Program-made: the position numbers and the translations under genes
In this document: positions 15,001 to 22,311 of the stretch, one piece after another
Layout: every line of letters starts with the position of its first letter
How positions within the stretch are numbered: position 1 is the first letter of the stretch
Source: a virus
IMG/VR virus record: IMGVR_UViG_3300022752_000018
Span: 32,001-96,000 of that record
Direction: 5' to 3' (one strand)
Length of the DNA stretch: 64,000 nt
Notes under the pieces: generated by a model
What the model saw: the letters and a program-made list of their open reading frames with translations, nothing else
Database searches by the model: none
Told to the model about the DNA's origin: nothing

Positions 15001-16530
15001 ACCTTGAACGCCTTGAACGCCTTGAACGCCTTGTACACCCTGTACACCCTGTACACCCTGTACACCTTGTACACCCTGTACACCTTGTACGCCCTGTACG
15101 CCCTGTACACCTTGTACACCTTGAACGCCCTGTACACCTTGGACGCCTTGTACACCTTGTACACCCTGTACACCTTGTACCCCTTGTACACCCTGTACGC
15201 CCTGTACGCCCTGTACACCCTGTACACCTTGTACCCCTTGTACACCTTGTACACCTTGTACACCTTGTACGCCCTGTACACCCTGTACACCCTGTACACC
15301 CTGTACTCCTTGTACACCCTGTACACCCTGTACGCCCTGTACACCCTGTACTCCTTGAACACCCTGTACGCCCTGTACACCTTGTACGCCCTGTACGCCT
15401 TGTACGCCTTGTACGCCTTGTACACCTTGTACACCTTGTACACCCTGTACGCCCTGTACGCCCTGTACACCCTGTACACCCTGTACACCTTGTACACCTT
15501 GTACACCTTGTACACCTTGTACACCTTGTACACCTTGTACACCCTGTAAACCTTGAATACCTTGAGTAGCAACTACATCCCAATATACTCTGTAACCAAT
15601 TCTTGGAACTGTATTAGGATCTATTATACCTGGAGTTATACCTGCTGGATCTTTATATACTGCAATATAACTAGAACCATTATAAAAAATTGCTTCATTT
15701 TGATAATATCTTGTGGTAAAACTATAACTCTCTTTCCAAATAATACCAAAACCCTGAATACCCTGTACGCCTTGTACGCCCTGTACACCCTGTACACCTT
15801 GTACACCCTGTACACCTTGAACACCTTGAACGCCCTGTACACCTTGGACCCCTTGTACACCTTGTACACCTTGGACTCCCTGTACGCCTTGGACTCCCTG
15901 TACTCCTTGGACACCTTGTACGCCTTGTACGCCTTGTACACCCTGTACACCCTGTACACCTTGAACGCCTTGTGCTGTACTTTGTTCCCAATAAGCACTT
16001 CCAAAATACGGACGATTACCACGGTTTATTGGAACTGGACCAACGATACTTACCCAACTTGATCCATTATAGTAGACCATGTCGCCTTTGGAATATTCAT
16101 CAAATTCGTTCCAATATCCTTTCCAAATAATACCACGACCTTGGATACCTTGAGCACCCTGTACACCTTGAAATCCTAAATCACCTTGGATACCTTGACG
16201 ACCCTGTACACCTTGAGGTCCTACTGGTCCAAATCTACCTTGAAAACCTTGAATACCTTGTGGACCTTGAGTGGCCATCAAGTCCCAGTATAAACTTCCA
16301 TCTGCGGGGGGTGGACCACCTTGATTTGGTTTTATAGCGACCCAAATAGATCCATTATAGTAGACTACGTCATTTTCACCATAAGGTTCTGTAAGGCTAT
16401 AGTCACCTTTCCAAATGAAACCTATACCTTGTATACCTTGATTACCTTGGGGTCCTTGACGACCTTGTACACCCTGAGGTCCTATTGGACCTATTGGGCC
16501 AAATGTACCCTGTATACCCTGTGGCCCTTG
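1..16530 (-). repeat. Coding 9-bp tandem repeat (minus-strand CAA/CAG-GGT/GGC-GTA) in ~26 tracts separated by globular modules
   Basis: Direct reading: tacaccttg/tacaccctg/tacgccttg variants. Longest uninterrupted tracts are about 11365-12485 and 12690-13850 (~120-130 triplets each). Confidence 0.97.
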
Positions 16531-16884
16531 TAGACCACCGCCACTGATTACACTTATTCTACCAGTTCTAGGGTTACCGTCACCCCAATAAACATTTAAA
16601 TTCCCAGGATCAATAACCTTAATATATGGGCTTCCTGGTTTACCTAAGTCTACACTTTCATTATTATCATCATAAATCTGTACGGTTACATATTGTACAT
16701 TAAGATTATGTTGTACTGACCAAACTTCAGCTGCTACAGTTTGGTGATATACAAAATTTCCACCTACAAAACTAGCTCCTTGAGCACCCTGCACACCTTG
16801 GCTTCCAGGAGCGCCAATCATTATGGCACGCCAGCCATCTTGGACTCCTTGTACACCTTGGAAATATCGTTTTAAGACGCTCAT
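1..16884 (-). CDS. Giant collagen-like (Gly-X-Gln)n fibre protein with ~24 interspersed CBM5/12-like modules; >=5,628 aa, runs off the window edge (3' truncated); absent from the ORF track
   Basis: ATG at 16884 (first start after an in-frame TAG at 16891-16893) gives [18 protein letters not shown].... The revcomp of the dominant 9-mer tacaccttg is CAA GGT GTA (Q-G-V). All plus-strand YTL shadow ORFs from 208 to 16321 start at positions = 1 mod 3, so one register is kept for 16.9 kb. I translated most non-repetitive spacers by hand (e.g. 80-260, 955-1685, 3660-4830, 5280-5830, 6345-6500, 7675-8300, 10000-10210, 12480-12690, 13800-14010, 15540-16890) and found no stop. The track reports no ORF in this frame, consistent with no stop before the edge. 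Confidence 0.93.
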   Translation of the reverse strand, partial: MSVLKRYFQGVQGVQDGWRAIMIGAPGSQGVQGAQGASFVGGNFVYHQTVAAEVWSVQHNLNVQYVTVQIYDDNNESVDLGKPGSPYIKVIDPGNLNVYWGDGNPRTGRISVISGGGLQGPQGIQGTFGPIGPIGPQGVQGRQGPQGNQGIQGIGFIWKGDYSLTEPYGENDVVYYNGSIWVAIKPNQGGPPPADGSLYWDLMATQGPQGIQGFQGRFGPVGPQGVQGRQGIQGDLGFQGVQGAQGIQGRGIIWKGYWNEFDEYSKGDMVYYNGSSWVSIVGPVPINRGNRPYFGSAYWEQSTAQGVQGVQGVQGVQGVQGVQGVQGVQGVQGVQGVQGVQGVQGVQGVQGVQGVQGVQGVQGVQGVQGVQGVQGIQGFGIIWKESYSFTTRYYQNEAIFYNGSSYIAVYKDPAGITPGIIDPNTVPRIGYRVYWDVVATQGIQGLQGVQGVQGVQGVQGVQGVQGVQGVQGVQGVQGVQGVQGVQGVQGVQGVQGVQGVQGVQGVQGVQGVQGVQGVQGVQGVQGVQGVQGVQGVQGVQGVQGVQGVQGVQGVQGVQGVQGVQGVQGVQGVQGVQGVQGVQGVQGVQGVQGVQGVQGVQGVQGVQGVQGVQGVQGVQGVQGVQGVQGVQGVQGVQGIQGFGIIWMGMYDFNTRYYQNEVVFYNGSSWIVKYKGVEGVTPGAENPLTVPGPQDNDTFWERLASQGTQGVQGVQGVQGVQGVQGVQGVQGVQGVQGVQGVQGVQGVQGVQGVQGWQGIQGVQGVQGVQGVQGVQGLQGVQGVQGVQGVQGVQGVQGVQGVQGVQGVQGVQGVQGVQGVQGVQGVQGVQGVQGVQGVQGVQGVQGVQGVQGVQGVQGVQGVQGVQGVQGVQGVQGVQGVQGVQGVQGVQGVQGVQGVQGVQGVQGVQGVQGVQGVQGVQGVQGVQGVQGVQGVQGVQGVQGVQGVQGVQGVQGVQGIQGIQGVGFIWRGLWNPETDYIINNAVFYNGSAYTAIENNKGIRPDLNLNVWSMIASQGIQGLQGVQGVQGVQGVQGVQGVQGVQGVQGVQGVQGVQGVQGVQGVQGVQGVQGVQGVQGVQGVQGVQGVQGVQGVQGVQGVQGVQGVQGVQGVQGVQGVQGVQGVQGVQGVQGVQGVQGVQGVQGVQGVQGVQGVQGAQGVQGVQGVQGVQGVQGWQGIQGVQGVQGVQGVQGVQGVQGVQGVQGVQGVQGVQGVQGVQGVQGVQGWQGIQGVQGVQGVQGVQGVQGVQGVQGVQGVQGLQGVQGVQGVQGVQGVQGVQGVQGVQGVQGVQGVQGVQGVQGVQGVQGVQGVQGVQGVQGVQGVQGLQGVQGVQGVQGVQGVQGVQGLQGVQGVQGVQGVQGVQGVQGVQGVQGVQGVQGVQGVQGVQGVQGVQGVQGVQGVQGIQGFSINWRGEYSPGTIYQQNDVVYYDGDSFIAVYPLDMYNVQGTQFVNQVPEFTPGQVNDTYWNRMTAQGIQGLQGVQGVQGVQGVQGVQGVQGVQGVQGVQGVQGVQGVQGVQGVQGVQGVQGVQGVQGVQGVQGVQGVQGVQGVQGVQGVQGVQGVQGVQGVQGVQGVQGVQGVQGVQGVQGVQGVQGVQGVQGVQGVQGVQGVQGVQGVQGVQGVQGVQGVQGVQGVQGVQGVQGVQGVQGVQGVQGVQGVQGVQGVQGVQGLQGLQGVQGVQGVQGLQGVQGVQGLQGVQGLQGVQGVQGVQGVQGVQGVQGVQGVQGVQGVQGVQGVQGWQGIQGVQGVQGVQGVQGVQGVQGVQGVQGVQGVQGVQGVQGVQGVQGVQGVQGLQGVQGVQGVQGVQGVQGVQGVQGVQGLQGVQGVQGVQGVQGVQGVQGVQGIQGFGIIWMGMYDFNTRYYQNQVVFYNGSSWIVKYKGVEGVTPGAENPLTIPGPQDNDTFWERLASQGTQGVQGVQGVQGVQGVQGVQGVQGVQGVQGVQGVQGVQGVQGVQGVQGVQGVQGVQGVQGVQGVQGVQGVQGVQGVQGVQGVQGVQGVQGVQGVQGVQGVQGVQGVQGVQGVQGVQGVQGVQGVQGVQGVQGVQGVQGVQGVQGVQGVQGVQGVQGVQGVQGVQGVQGVQGVQGVQGVQGVQGVQGVQGVQGVQGVQGVQGVQGVQGVQGVQGVQGVQGVQGVQGVQGVQGVQGVQGVQGVQGVQGVQGVQGVQGVQGVQGVQGVQGVQGVQGVQGVQGVQGLQGVQGIQGVQGVQGVQGVQGVQGVQGVQGVQGVQGIQGRGPVWRGDWSSSELYATDDIVHFDGSSFIAITGDTNNKFGGLQTIPVLSKAEAGYPIVVNESYWNLIAAQGIQGVQGVQGVQGVQGVQGVQGVQGVQGVQGLQGVQGVQGVQGVQGVQGVQGVQGVQGVQGVQGVQGVQGVQGVQGVQGVQGVQGLQGVQGVQGWQGIQGVQGVQGVQGVQGVQGVQGVQGVQGVQGVQGVQGVQGVQGVQGVQGWQGIQGVQGVQGVQGVQGVQGVQGVQGVQGVQGVQGVQGVQGVQGVQGVQGVQGVQGVQGVQGVQGVQGVQGVQGVQGVQGVQGVQGVQGVQGVQGVQGVQGIQGFGLIWRGMYDFNTRYYQNEVVFYSGSSWIVKYTGVEGVTPGAQNPLTVPGPEYNDTYWELLASQGVQGVQGVQGVQGVQGVQGVQGVQGVQGVQGVQGVQGVQGVQGVQGVQGVQGVQGVQGVQGVQGVQGVQGVQGVQGVQGVQGVQGVQGVQGVQGVQGVQGVQGVQGVQGVQGVQGVQGVQGVQGVQGVQGVQGVQGVQGVQGVQGVQGVQGVQGVQGVQGVQGVQGVQGWQGIQGVQGVQGVQGVQGVQGVQGVQGVQGVQGLQGVQGVQGVQGVQGVQGVQGVQGVQGVQGVQGVQGVQGVQGVQGVQGQQGIQGLGFVWRGEWQSNVTYNQNDAVKWNGSSWASLAGSNTNNEPYEGSAYWDMLSSQGVQGYQGLQGVQGVQGLQGVQGVQGVQGVQGVQGVQGVQGVQGVQGVQGVQGVQGVQGVQGVQGVQGVQGVQGVQGVQGVQGIQGFGIRWRGTYSSSATYQQNDVVYYNGNSYIVIYPITTDPPYGQFSDEEPSYGNPPVINSTYWQILAAQGVQGVQGVQGVQGVQGVQGVQGAQGVQGVQGVQGVQGVQGVQGVQGVQGVQGVQGVQGVQGVQGVQGVQGVQGVQGVQGVQGVQGVQGVQGVQGVQGVQGVQGVQGVQGVQGVQGVQGVQGVQGLQGVQGLQGVQGLQGVQGLQGAQGVQGVQGVQGVQGVQGVQGVQGVQGVQGVQGVQGVQGVQGVQGVQGVQGVQGVQGVQGVQGVQGVQGVQGVQGVQGIQGFGIIWRGMYDFNTTYYQNEVVFYNGSAWIVRYTGGGVPTGNSNSTAVPGPENNDTFWERIASQGLQGVQGVQGVQGVQGVQGVQGVQGVQGVQGVQGVQGVQGVQGVQGVQGVQGVQGVQGVQGVQGVQGVQGVQGVQGVQGVQGVQGVQGVQGVQGQQGIQGGGVTWKGIWDPSVIYNNNDSVAYLGSSYISKVNGNYNNQPDTNPSSWDVLASQGIQGVQGVQGVQGVQGVQGVQGVQGVQGVQGVQGVQGVQGVQGVQGVQGVQGVQGVQGVQGVQGIQGGQGIQGVQGIQGGQGVQGVQGVQGGQGVQGVQGVQGGQGVQGVQGLQGVQGVQGGQGVQGVQGVQGGQGLQGIQGIQGGQGVQGVQGVQGGQGVQGVQGVQGGQGIQGVGLIWRGTYNLSTPYIVNDVVFYNGSSWISTTVHTGIVPGTTADWNMIVSQGLQGVQGLQGVQGVQGVQGVQGGQGVQGVQGVQGVQGVQGVQGVQGGQGVQGVQGVQGGQGVQGVQGIQGVQGFSLVWKGTWNSTTPYSTNDIVFYNGSSWIAIANSTGVVPVVGASWNLLVSQGIQGVQGVQGGQGIQGIQGLQGLQGVQGVQGVQGLQGVQGVQGGQGVQGVQGVQGGQGVQGVQGVQGQQGVQGIQGIQGGQGVQGVQGVQGGQGVQGVQGVQGGQGVQGVQGVQGVQGQQGVQGIQGIQGVQGGQGVQGVQGVQGQQGVQGFQGTKGEGFTFLGDWQPGASYLRNETIFYQGSSYTSTFGDSTYGSGAYFNINNPPGTTITIPDVTKTNTSGVFGCTSTNLYIGEAVIVSGTVPAGISLENPGSPESSPTYFTAGQTVPNVVYYIISADNGPTTSFILGRTQFSVTGIGGIGTGSLTGLIFKTNPWSLIASQGLQGVQGVQGIQGIQGIQGGQGVQGVQGIQGGQGVQGVQGIQGGQGVQGVQGVQGGQGVQGVQGIQGVQGVQGVQGVQGGQGVQGIQGVQGIVGTPGGYTATYAWDNTTTSNPANGTIRINRDWTSTTAGGIVVYVDRYDILGQDRYSFFNAMTAFGTAGSYHGVLTLQPDGSVTRYAATINSITYNSPNSFFTLNCTFIDTQGTAPADGSVLNVAFQPAGQQGIQGIQGGQGVQGVQGIQGRQGVQGVQGVQGGQGVQGVQGVQGGQGVQGVQGVQGGQGVQGVQGVQGGQGVQGVQGVQGGQGVQGIQGVQGRQGVQGVQGIQGVQGVQGVQGGQGVQGVQGVQGGQGVQGVQGVQGVQGFSLVWKGTWLVGTTYFQNDIVFYNGNSYIYTNATPSAGNAPSTGIGQSLVVNTTYWNQMTSQGIQGVQGVQGVQGVQGVQGVQGGQGVQGVQGVQGVQGVQGVQGVQGVQGGQGVQGVQGVQGGQGVQGVQGVQGVQGFSLVWKGTWLAGTTYTQNDIVFYNGNSYIYTNATPSAGNVPSTGIGQSLVVNTTYWNQMTSQGIQGVQGVQGVQGVQGVQGVQGGQGVQGVQGVQGGQGVQGVQGVQGGQGVQGVQGVQGGQGVQGVQGVQGVQGFSLVWKGTWLAGTTYTQNDIVFYNGNSYIYNNAIPSAGNAPSTGIGQSLVVNTAYWNQMTSQGIQGVQGVQGVQGVQGVQGVQGGQGVQGVQGVQGGQGVQGVQGVQGRQGVQGVQGIQGVQGVQGVQGGQGVQGVQGVQGGQGVQGVQGVQGVQGFSLVWKGTWLAGTTYYTNDIVFYNGNSYVFKNVTPTAGQAPSTGVGASLIVNTTYWEQMTSQGIQGVQGVQGGQGVQGVQGVQGVQGQQGIQGSGFKWRGEWSPLNNYAVSDMIIFSGSTYVSLSEYIPNNLTGVQITSNGISFNSTTAPSVGLPVIVQGTNTGGGSLQNYSTLNATLGTVYYVTASTSTTATLSLTKGGGSISNSTGTPTGLTFSVGSYTPQFHTSSNLDATLQRWELTGAQGIQGIQGVQGWQGIQGRQGVQGVQGVQGVQGVQGVQGVQGLGVVWKGTWAGGTPYQLNDMVYYQGSSYICIVTHTSSIGSPPLNANWNLLSVQGIQGVQGVQGVQGGQGVQGVQGVQGGQGVQGVQGVQGRQGVQGVQGVQGGQGVQGVQGVQGVQGVQGVQGVQGFSLVWKGIYSASTTYSQNDLVFYDGNSYIYKNGTPVAGQTPATGQPPIVNSTYWEQMTSQGIQGVQGVQGGQGVQGVQGVQGRQGVQGVQGVQGGQGVQGVQGVQGGQGVQGVQGVQGGQGVQGVQGVQGGQGVQGVQGVQGGQGVQGVQGVQGVQGFSLVWKGTYSASTTYYQNDLVFYDGNSYIYKNGTPVAGQTPATGQPPIVNSTYWNQMTSQGIQGVQGVQGGQGVQGVQGVQGGQGV
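80..16425 (-). repeat. ~24 copies of a 45-65 aa W-x-G-x-W/Y...Y..ND.V.Y.GS(S)Y/W...P....YW module (CBM5/12, ChiA1 ChBD-like)
   Basis: Approximate positions: 80-260, 550-730, 955-1105, 1225-1685, 1780-1960, 2240-2425, 2645-2830, 3060-3245, 4335-4830, 5300-5450, 5670-5825, 6345-6495, 6805-6995, 7675-7875, 8130-8295, 9060-9250, 10000-10205, 11175-11365, 12485-12690, 13850-14005, 14775-14965, 15565-15750, 15975-16135, 16280-16425. The copy at 8130-8295 reads [49 protein letters not shown], which resembles the Bacillus circulans ChiA1 chitin-binding domain pattern (AWQVNTAYTAGQLVTYNGKTY...EPSNVPALW). Confidence 0.7.
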
Positions 16885-17138
16885 TGACTTCTATAATACT
16901 CAGCTAAAAAATATTTTTGAATATAACTTTTTGGCCAATGTAATATAGAAGAACTTAGTTTTAAGATTTGTTTGTATGTTTTATTACAAATGCTATAAAC
17001 AACATAAATTACTGGCTGACAGTAAATAATATTCAGAAAAAGTGTTTTTATTAATTTTACATTCAGGTTCAAAGGCGCTTTTTCATAGTCAAAAACTATG
17101 TTTTTTGCCAATTTAACAAATATTTTAATCAAAATCAT
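16881..17138 (-). CDS. Small hypothetical protein (85 aa), possibly translationally coupled to the giant collagen gene
   Basis: Starts 7 nt after the stop of the 474-aa gene; its TGA overlaps the collagen ATG (ATGA at 16884-16881). The tiling is tight, but the sequence is very AT-rich and has no recognisable motif. Confidence 0.45.
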   Translation of the reverse strand: MILIKIFVKLAKNIVFDYEKAPLNLNVKLIKTLFLNIIYCQPVIYVVYSICNKTYKQILKLSSSILHWPKSYIQKYFLAEYYRSQ

Positions 17139-17145
17139 TGCGTCT

Positions 17146-18570
17146 CTAAGCCTGGAAGATATCCACTATATTTATCGCAGCGAACCATTTAATGATTTTA
17201 TCGGAGTCACCTATATTAATTTTGTCTGGGCCTTTAACTAATATCCTAATTACTCCATTAGGTGTGCCAGTAGGTGTACCATCAGTAGTACCAACTTCTG
17301 CTTTTACAGACCAACTATAATTTAAAATAGTAGCTGCGTCTAAATATTGTTCTGCTATACCAGTACCACTGCCTGGTCCTGTGGCGGTAAACACAGTGCC
17401 CACCTCAAAATCCATATTTGGATTAGATGCTATAGATTCCCAAACTGTGTCACCTTTTTGTTTGATTCTATATATCCCCCCAACAGTAAATGATCCTGCA
17501 TTGGTTGTTAAAATAGTAATAGATGTGGTTGATGAACCTGAAACTTTTTCAGTTAATGTATTTCCAATTATTGATGTAGTCGATGCATTTGCTCCTCTGG
17601 TTGCTAAAAATTCTAGATTCCAACTTGCGCTTTCATTTCCGCCTATTAATTTTGAATTTATTTCTACCTTTACTTTATAAGAATGATTATTTTCTAATTC
17701 AAACCGATTAGTATCTATTAAGGTATCTGAACCGTCTAAAGTCAGTTCCTTCCAAGTTCCGTTGGTAGTAGTTGCGCTGACTAATAATGTAGTTTTACCA
17801 AATCCAGTATTAAATTCTGATAATCCATCATCACTTAAATGTTGTGTAAACCTACTACTTTGTACTCGTGCGTAACCATCTAATTGTGGTTTTAAGATTA
17901 CATCACCGGTTATAGGATCGCCTTCCTGGTCTTTATTAATAGCTCTTATGGTGTTATTAAGAAGTTGTAAATTACCAAACTTACCATCAGCTTGATCACT
18001 AAGACCAACAAACCCTATATATCTATAACCTCTAACATATATTTTATCACCTGCACTTAGATCATCAGGTATAACATTTGAGTTATCGCCATTGTCTAAA
18101 TAATTGGTAAAATTAAGTACCCCTGACATATAGTCAAAATAGTAAGCACCTTTGTCATTAATACCAGCATCAAATATCTTTTTTGTACCCGCGCTGGCAG
18201 GATTACCTATAAAAACTTCAATTAAATATCCAGGTCCAAATTCAGGACTAATCCAATTTTCGTACTTTACTTCACTCCCTGATATTGTTGCTTTAGCTAC
18301 GTAAGTAGGATATATATTATTTATAGGAGTAGTTGTGGTATCGGGCACTAATTCCATCGTTCTATATTCAACTACACTCTGTACTATATTTGGTGAAGCC
18401 GGGGCCTTTATAATACTATTTGCTTGAGTCCAAATTTTGTCGCCGCGCAATAGGCTAGGACTAGGAATAGTTTCGTTACTAGCACCTTTTAAAGTATTGA
18501 AATCAGTTTTAGATAGACCAAATAATTTCTTGTACAGTAAATCTACTTTTTGTTTATCAACTACGGCCAT
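17146..18570 (-). CDS. Putative virion structural protein (474 aa); N-terminal ~190 aa paralogous to 42339-43934
   Basis: N-terminus KVDLLYKKLFGLSKTD...SNETIPSPSLLRGDKIW matches KVDLLLKKLVGVAKTD...SNESIPSPSLNRGDTLW; both also share FDY.(S/A)GVLNF. TAATG overlap with the upstream gene. Confidence 0.8.
   Translation of the reverse strand: MAVVDKQKVDLLYKKLFGLSKTDFNTLKGASNETIPSPSLLRGDKIWTQANSIIKAPASPNIVQSVVEYRTMELVPDTTTTPINNIYPTYVAKATISGSEVKYENWISPEFGPGYLIEVFIGNPASAGTKKIFDAGINDKGAYYFDYMSGVLNFTNYLDNGDNSNVIPDDLSAGDKIYVRGYRYIGFVGLSDQADGKFGNLQLLNNTIRAINKDQEGDPITGDVILKPQLDGYARVQSSRFTQHLSDDGLSEFNTGFGKTTLLVSATTTNGTWKELTLDGSDTLIDTNRFELENNHSYKVKVEINSKLIGGNESASWNLEFLATRGANASTTSIIGNTLTEKVSGSSTTSITILTTNAGSFTVGGIYRIKQKGDTVWESIASNPNMDFEVGTVFTATGPGSGTGIAEQYLDAATILNYSWSVKAEVGTTDGTPTGTPNGVIRILVKGPDKINIGDSDKIIKWFAAINIVDIFQA
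17169..17175 (-). promoter_or_regulatory. Possible late-promoter box (ATAAATA) inside the 3' end of the 474-aa gene, upstream of the 85-aa/collagen unit
   Basis: Minus strand reads GATAAATATA. Could be chance because it lies in coding sequence. Confidence 0.3.
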
Positions 18571-20711
18571 TAGTTAGTTGCTCCTGATAAACTTAATGCT
18601 CTAACAATATCACTTGTTGTTAATTTTATTCTTATATACACTTCACTAGTGGCAGTATTACTAGTACTCACTGTTCCAAACGTACATATTCTACTTTGAT
18701 CTACATCTTGACCTAATGTAATTATACCACCTTCACTACATCCATTAGATCTATTTCCGCCTGTTCCTGTACCTGGAACACCGCTACCTCCATACGGTAT
18801 GCTCATGTCTAACCATCCATTGAGACCATTATCGGTAGCTATACCATTTCCTGGAACTGCTACCCAAAGACCATGAATAATTCCGTCAATATTAATTTTG
18901 AACTTACTCACAGAACCTCTAATAAATTTAAAGGTAAAATATTGAGGACCACTCCTTCCGCCAGTATTTAGATTTGGTCCAGGTGGTAAAAAATTTGTAT
19001 AATCTGTAATATCATGCTTTAAAACTGCTTGATTACCTTGTCCTACAACCACAGCATCATAATCTTGTAGCGGACTTGTTTGTGAATTAAAAGCCACTGC
19101 GTTGGCTGAAAAACTTGGGTTATCTCCGCTGCCTGGATTTACTATACGATATCCGTTGGCACTGCCACTACCAAATCCGGCAGCAACTTCTAAATTAGTT
19201 TCATCTATAGTATTTGTATTACTTGTTCCAGTTTTGAATAATACACCGCCACTAGGAGTAAAATTCTGTGTGGTTGTACCATAACTATTATCGGCTGTTA
19301 ATGTGACAGGAGCAGTGCTTCTACCAACACCATTTTTTACAGTAACAGTAGTTGATAAAGATAAACTTGAATTATTTAAATAATTCCTTGGTAACGGTAA
19401 ATCACTAAATGCAGGATTATTAGCTTTAGCTGACGCATAGGTCAATGTCACTGGTGTATTAAAAGCCCCACCACCTGTACCAGTTATAAACTCATTGTAT
19501 GTTGGGTACATATTTTTACTTAATTTTGAAATCTTGAAACTTAGTACAAAAGTAGTAGCACTAGAATAATGTGCGATACCACTACTATAACTTAGTGTAG
19601 GTGTTGATTCTGGTTCAAACAATACATCAGAAAATACAGGAGGTTCAGAAGTACTATTATCATAATACCAATAGGCTACACTTGTTTCACCTACAGTAGC
19701 AGGAACAGTTTCTGGAAAAAGATTATTATGCTTTATTTGAACCTTGTTCCAACCTTCCTGTACATTTCCCTGTCCTCTTGAGTCAAATACTTGCCAAAAC
19801 AGAGGACTGATAGATGGAACTGCTACCAAAGCATAATCTTTATCATCTGTTATAACTAAGTCTCCAACAGTTTCATTGTCCTTACCTAGTAGGTATACTG
19901 GACTTAGGTCGTTTTCACTTTCTTTTAATTCAGGTGTCAATGCTTTACTACCAGCAGCAACACCGTTTTTATAAATTGTAACAGTACCTCTATCTCCTGG
20001 GCCACAATCATTTATAGTACTTGTTTGATAGGATGATGTTCTTAACACTTGATTCACTACTGTACCACCAGCAACACTGTTAGTAATAGCATCACCAGTT
20101 CTATCACTTTGTATAAAGTTACACATTCTATAACTAGAAACACCTAAAATTGTAAAAGGCTGAACATTACCATTTTTTAGTTTAGGAAAATTTGGTGGTG
20201 GTTTTGGTACTAACTTTCCTAAAATAACATTCATTTGTGCTATTCCTCTACTTATTGGTGTGGCAGTAGTCATTGCCACTGCTCTAGTAGCTAATTCACC
20301 CTCATCTGGCTGGCCTATTTTCACACCCATGGCAGAATTAAATTTAACCAATCCTGTGGTTGTTAGGTCTCCCACAGTGGTTAGATTAATATCCTCATTT
20401 GCAAATCTTGCGTTTAACCCGCTGTCTGTTACTTCTAAACGATCTGTATGAAAGGCATCTGCCTGCATTTGTCCTGTAGTCTGAAAATCTCCATTTTGAT
20501 CAATCTGTACAGTGTCACTCCAATAGCGTTTGCCATTCTTATCTGTTAATAATATGCGTTTAACATCAGCACTATCCGTAGTTTCAGGAACGCCTAAATC
20601 TGGTTCGGCTTCACTCAGTTTTAGAAAATCATACCTTTGCTCGCTGACATTTGCGGGCTTGACCTTTTTAACACGGCCGCTAAAAAGTTCAACTCTTTGT
20701 TGTGCTGCCAT
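18570..20711 (-). CDS. Putative virion structural protein (713 aa); paralog of 43943-46804, N-terminus shared with 20858-21868
   Basis: GIAQMNVILGKLVPKPPPNFP vs GVAQLNLTLTLLVPLAPPDFP; C-terminal QYFTFKFIR...LNGWLD vs QYFTFRFVR...LNKWLD. N-terminus MAAQQRVELFSGRVKKV...LKLSEAEPDL. Confidence 0.82.
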   Translation of the reverse strand: MAAQQRVELFSGRVKKVKPANVSEQRYDFLKLSEAEPDLGVPETTDSADVKRILLTDKNGKRYWSDTVQIDQNGDFQTTGQMQADAFHTDRLEVTDSGLNARFANEDINLTTVGDLTTTGLVKFNSAMGVKIGQPDEGELATRAVAMTTATPISRGIAQMNVILGKLVPKPPPNFPKLKNGNVQPFTILGVSSYRMCNFIQSDRTGDAITNSVAGGTVVNQVLRTSSYQTSTINDCGPGDRGTVTIYKNGVAAGSKALTPELKESENDLSPVYLLGKDNETVGDLVITDDKDYALVAVPSISPLFWQVFDSRGQGNVQEGWNKVQIKHNNLFPETVPATVGETSVAYWYYDNSTSEPPVFSDVLFEPESTPTLSYSSGIAHYSSATTFVLSFKISKLSKNMYPTYNEFITGTGGGAFNTPVTLTYASAKANNPAFSDLPLPRNYLNNSSLSLSTTVTVKNGVGRSTAPVTLTADNSYGTTTQNFTPSGGVLFKTGTSNTNTIDETNLEVAAGFGSGSANGYRIVNPGSGDNPSFSANAVAFNSQTSPLQDYDAVVVGQGNQAVLKHDITDYTNFLPPGPNLNTGGRSGPQYFTFKFIRGSVSKFKINIDGIIHGLWVAVPGNGIATDNGLNGWLDMSIPYGGSGVPGTGTGGNRSNGCSEGGIITLGQDVDQSRICTFGTVSTSNTATSEVYIRIKLTTSDIVRALSLSGATN

Positions 20712-20745
20712 TTAAGATCTAGCCCCCTTTCCTGTCGCTACATAT

Positions 20746-20774
20746 AAAAACGGGCCTTGTACAGACCCGTTTTT
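20746..20774 (-). terminator. Intrinsic terminator-like hairpin
   Basis: Minus strand AAAAACGGGTC-TGTACAA-GGCCCGTTTTT: 9-bp perfect inverted repeat extendable by a U.G and a C-G pair, ending in a U-tract. Confidence 0.7.
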
Positions 20775-20842
20775 GCTCAAGATAATAGATAATAATTCAT
20801 TGCGGATCATTCTAACTCTTTGTTCAAAAAGTCTTTACAGAC

Positions 20843-20850
20843 TATTTATA
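20843..20850 (-). promoter_or_regulatory. T4-type late promoter consensus TATAAATA
   Basis: Plus-strand tatttata at 20843-20850, 7 nt downstream of the 336-aa gene stop and about 130 nt upstream of the 713-aa gene. Confidence 0.6.
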
Positions 20851-20857
20851 ATTTTGG

Positions 20858-21868
20858 TTAAAACCTACCGCAATCTATTATATTACTAAAATAAGGTCTA
20901 CCCCCTAAATCGCTCTGTAATAAACTACCATTAGCCAATGCTGGATTGGTTACGCCTACTGGGTCGTCACCGTTACCAAATAATATACCACCTTCTTGTA
21001 GTTCTACTCGGCCAGTTCCACCATACCCAACATCAATAACATCAGCACGCCATGTACCTTGTGTAATAGCACTTTCAATAATCACTGTACCACTACCACC
21101 TGGAGCTATACGTAAATTAACATCTGTTGGTGTAAAAATATTCTGTGTGCTCAAGTTTGGAACTTCAAAAGCACCCTCACTTGTACCACTATCACCAATG
21201 AAGATTTCATTTTCGTTACGACCACTTGGGATAAATGTAAAAGTACGTGTGCTAGCCTTGAATCCAAAGAAACCTAATTTAGCTGCACCTCGTCCTTCAT
21301 CAGCCAATGGATCCCACCAACGGAATTCAATACCACGATCTGTTTGGCCATTCAGTTCACTAACAAGATCTTCATTATCACCACCAATAGTAATAATTGG
21401 ATCATCAATTGTGGTTTGTACTGTATTAACTTCTACAGTTGTACCATTGACAAACAAGTTACTATTAATAATCATGTTATCATTAGCGTCAAGAGCAATC
21501 TTATTACTCCATGTTCTATTACCCCATTTGTCAGATACTAGCATAGCTCTTAAAGTACTGTCAGCTGGTGCTTGACTAACATCAACACCGTTTACTTTAA
21601 TAGTTGGATAAAGTACATTTTCGATGCCGACTTGTATAGCTGGGTCTGCATCAGTAGCTATATTTGTTTCAGGGTTGACACTACGCCATGGTACAAATAA
21701 GTTTGGTTCTGCTTCACTTAATTTTAAGTAACCATTTTCCTGTTTCTGTCCTGGTGTTCGTACCTCATACCTACTCTTACCAGTACCATAACCTTTGGTC
21801 ATGATATCGCGAGCTGCGACTTTCTTTACACGACCACTAAATAATTCAACTTTTGGTTGAGCTGCCAT
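20858..21868 (-). CDS. Putative virion/fibre-associated protein (336 aa)
   Basis: Contains V.GTT..VN.....IDDPII.IGG...DRGIEFRW...GFFGF and V..GGTG motifs typical of phage fibre proteins; ends IIDCGRF; SD AAGGA upstream. Confidence 0.8.
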   Translation of the reverse strand: MAAQPKVELFSGRVKKVAARDIMTKGYGTGKSRYEVRTPGQKQENGYLKLSEAEPNLFVPWRSVNPETNIATDADPAIQVGIENVLYPTIKVNGVDVSQAPADSTLRAMLVSDKWGNRTWSNKIALDANDNMIINSNLFVNGTTVEVNTVQTTIDDPIITIGGDNEDLVSELNGQTDRGIEFRWWDPLADEGRGAAKLGFFGFKASTRTFTFIPSGRNENEIFIGDSGTSEGAFEVPNLSTQNIFTPTDVNLRIAPGGSGTVIIESAITQGTWRADVIDVGYGGTGRVELQEGGILFGNGDDPVGVTNPALANGSLLQSDLGGRPYFSNIIDCGRF

Positions 21869-21906
21869 TTTTATCTATCCTTATCTTGATATTACTAATA
21901 CTAATA

Positions 21907-22245
21907 TTAATCGTTAGCTGATTCTAGAATACTTAGTGTAACTTTTAATTGTCCATTTTGACTAGCTTGAACACGTAGACTATCACCAGATTCTAAAACT
22001 AACTTTCCTGCAACGAAACTAATAGCATCGCTGTTAGGAATTTCAAAATCATTAACTAATTCACTTGATACAACACCGCGTACATGCCATGCTGTGAAAG
22101 CTGCACTGGTTGAATCAGTAATATTTGTGACCTGCGTACCAAGAATAATACCTGTTACACCTGCTGGTGTTGTGTAGATATTTGTTGGGCTTGCTGTTAC
22201 GCTTGCTGTCACTGTTTTAAACGCATTTAAGGGTACTGTTGCCAT
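21907..22245 (-). CDS. Small beta-rich structural protein (112 aa); paralog of 47588-47926
   Basis: MATVPLNAFKTVTA...IYTTPAG...GKLVLESGDSLRV; shares K(L/I)(V/I)L..GD.(L/I) and its length with 47588-47926. SD AAAGGA. Confidence 0.8.
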   Translation of the reverse strand: MATVPLNAFKTVTASVTASPTNIYTTPAGVTGIILGTQVTNITDSTSAAFTAWHVRGVVSSELVNDFEIPNSDAISFVAGKLVLESGDSLRVQASQNGQLKVTLSILESAND

Positions 22246-22268
22246 GTTTTAATCCTTTTTATTAATAT

Positions 22269-22300
22269 GTTACTTACCTGCCTCCTGACAAGTAAGTAAC
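22269..22300. other. Intergenic inverted repeat (GTTACTTAC / GTAAGTAAC) between the 6,653-aa and 112-aa genes
   Basis: 9-bp perfect stem with a 14-nt loop. No U-tract follows it on the coding strand, so it is more likely a processing or stabilising hairpin than a terminator. Confidence 0.4.
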
Positions 22301-22311
22301 CCTTCTTACCA

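Noticed and set aside
198-16533. Dozens of track ORFs made of YTL, KVY, RCT or HLV repeats
   Set aside because: They are alternative-frame or antisense shadows of the Gly-X-Gln gene. They break at every globular module, while the QGV frame does not.
1-16884. Eukaryotic collagen or satellite DNA contamination
   Set aside because: No introns, no Pro-rich triplets, tight tiling with phage genes, and module families shared with the neighbouring phage protein.
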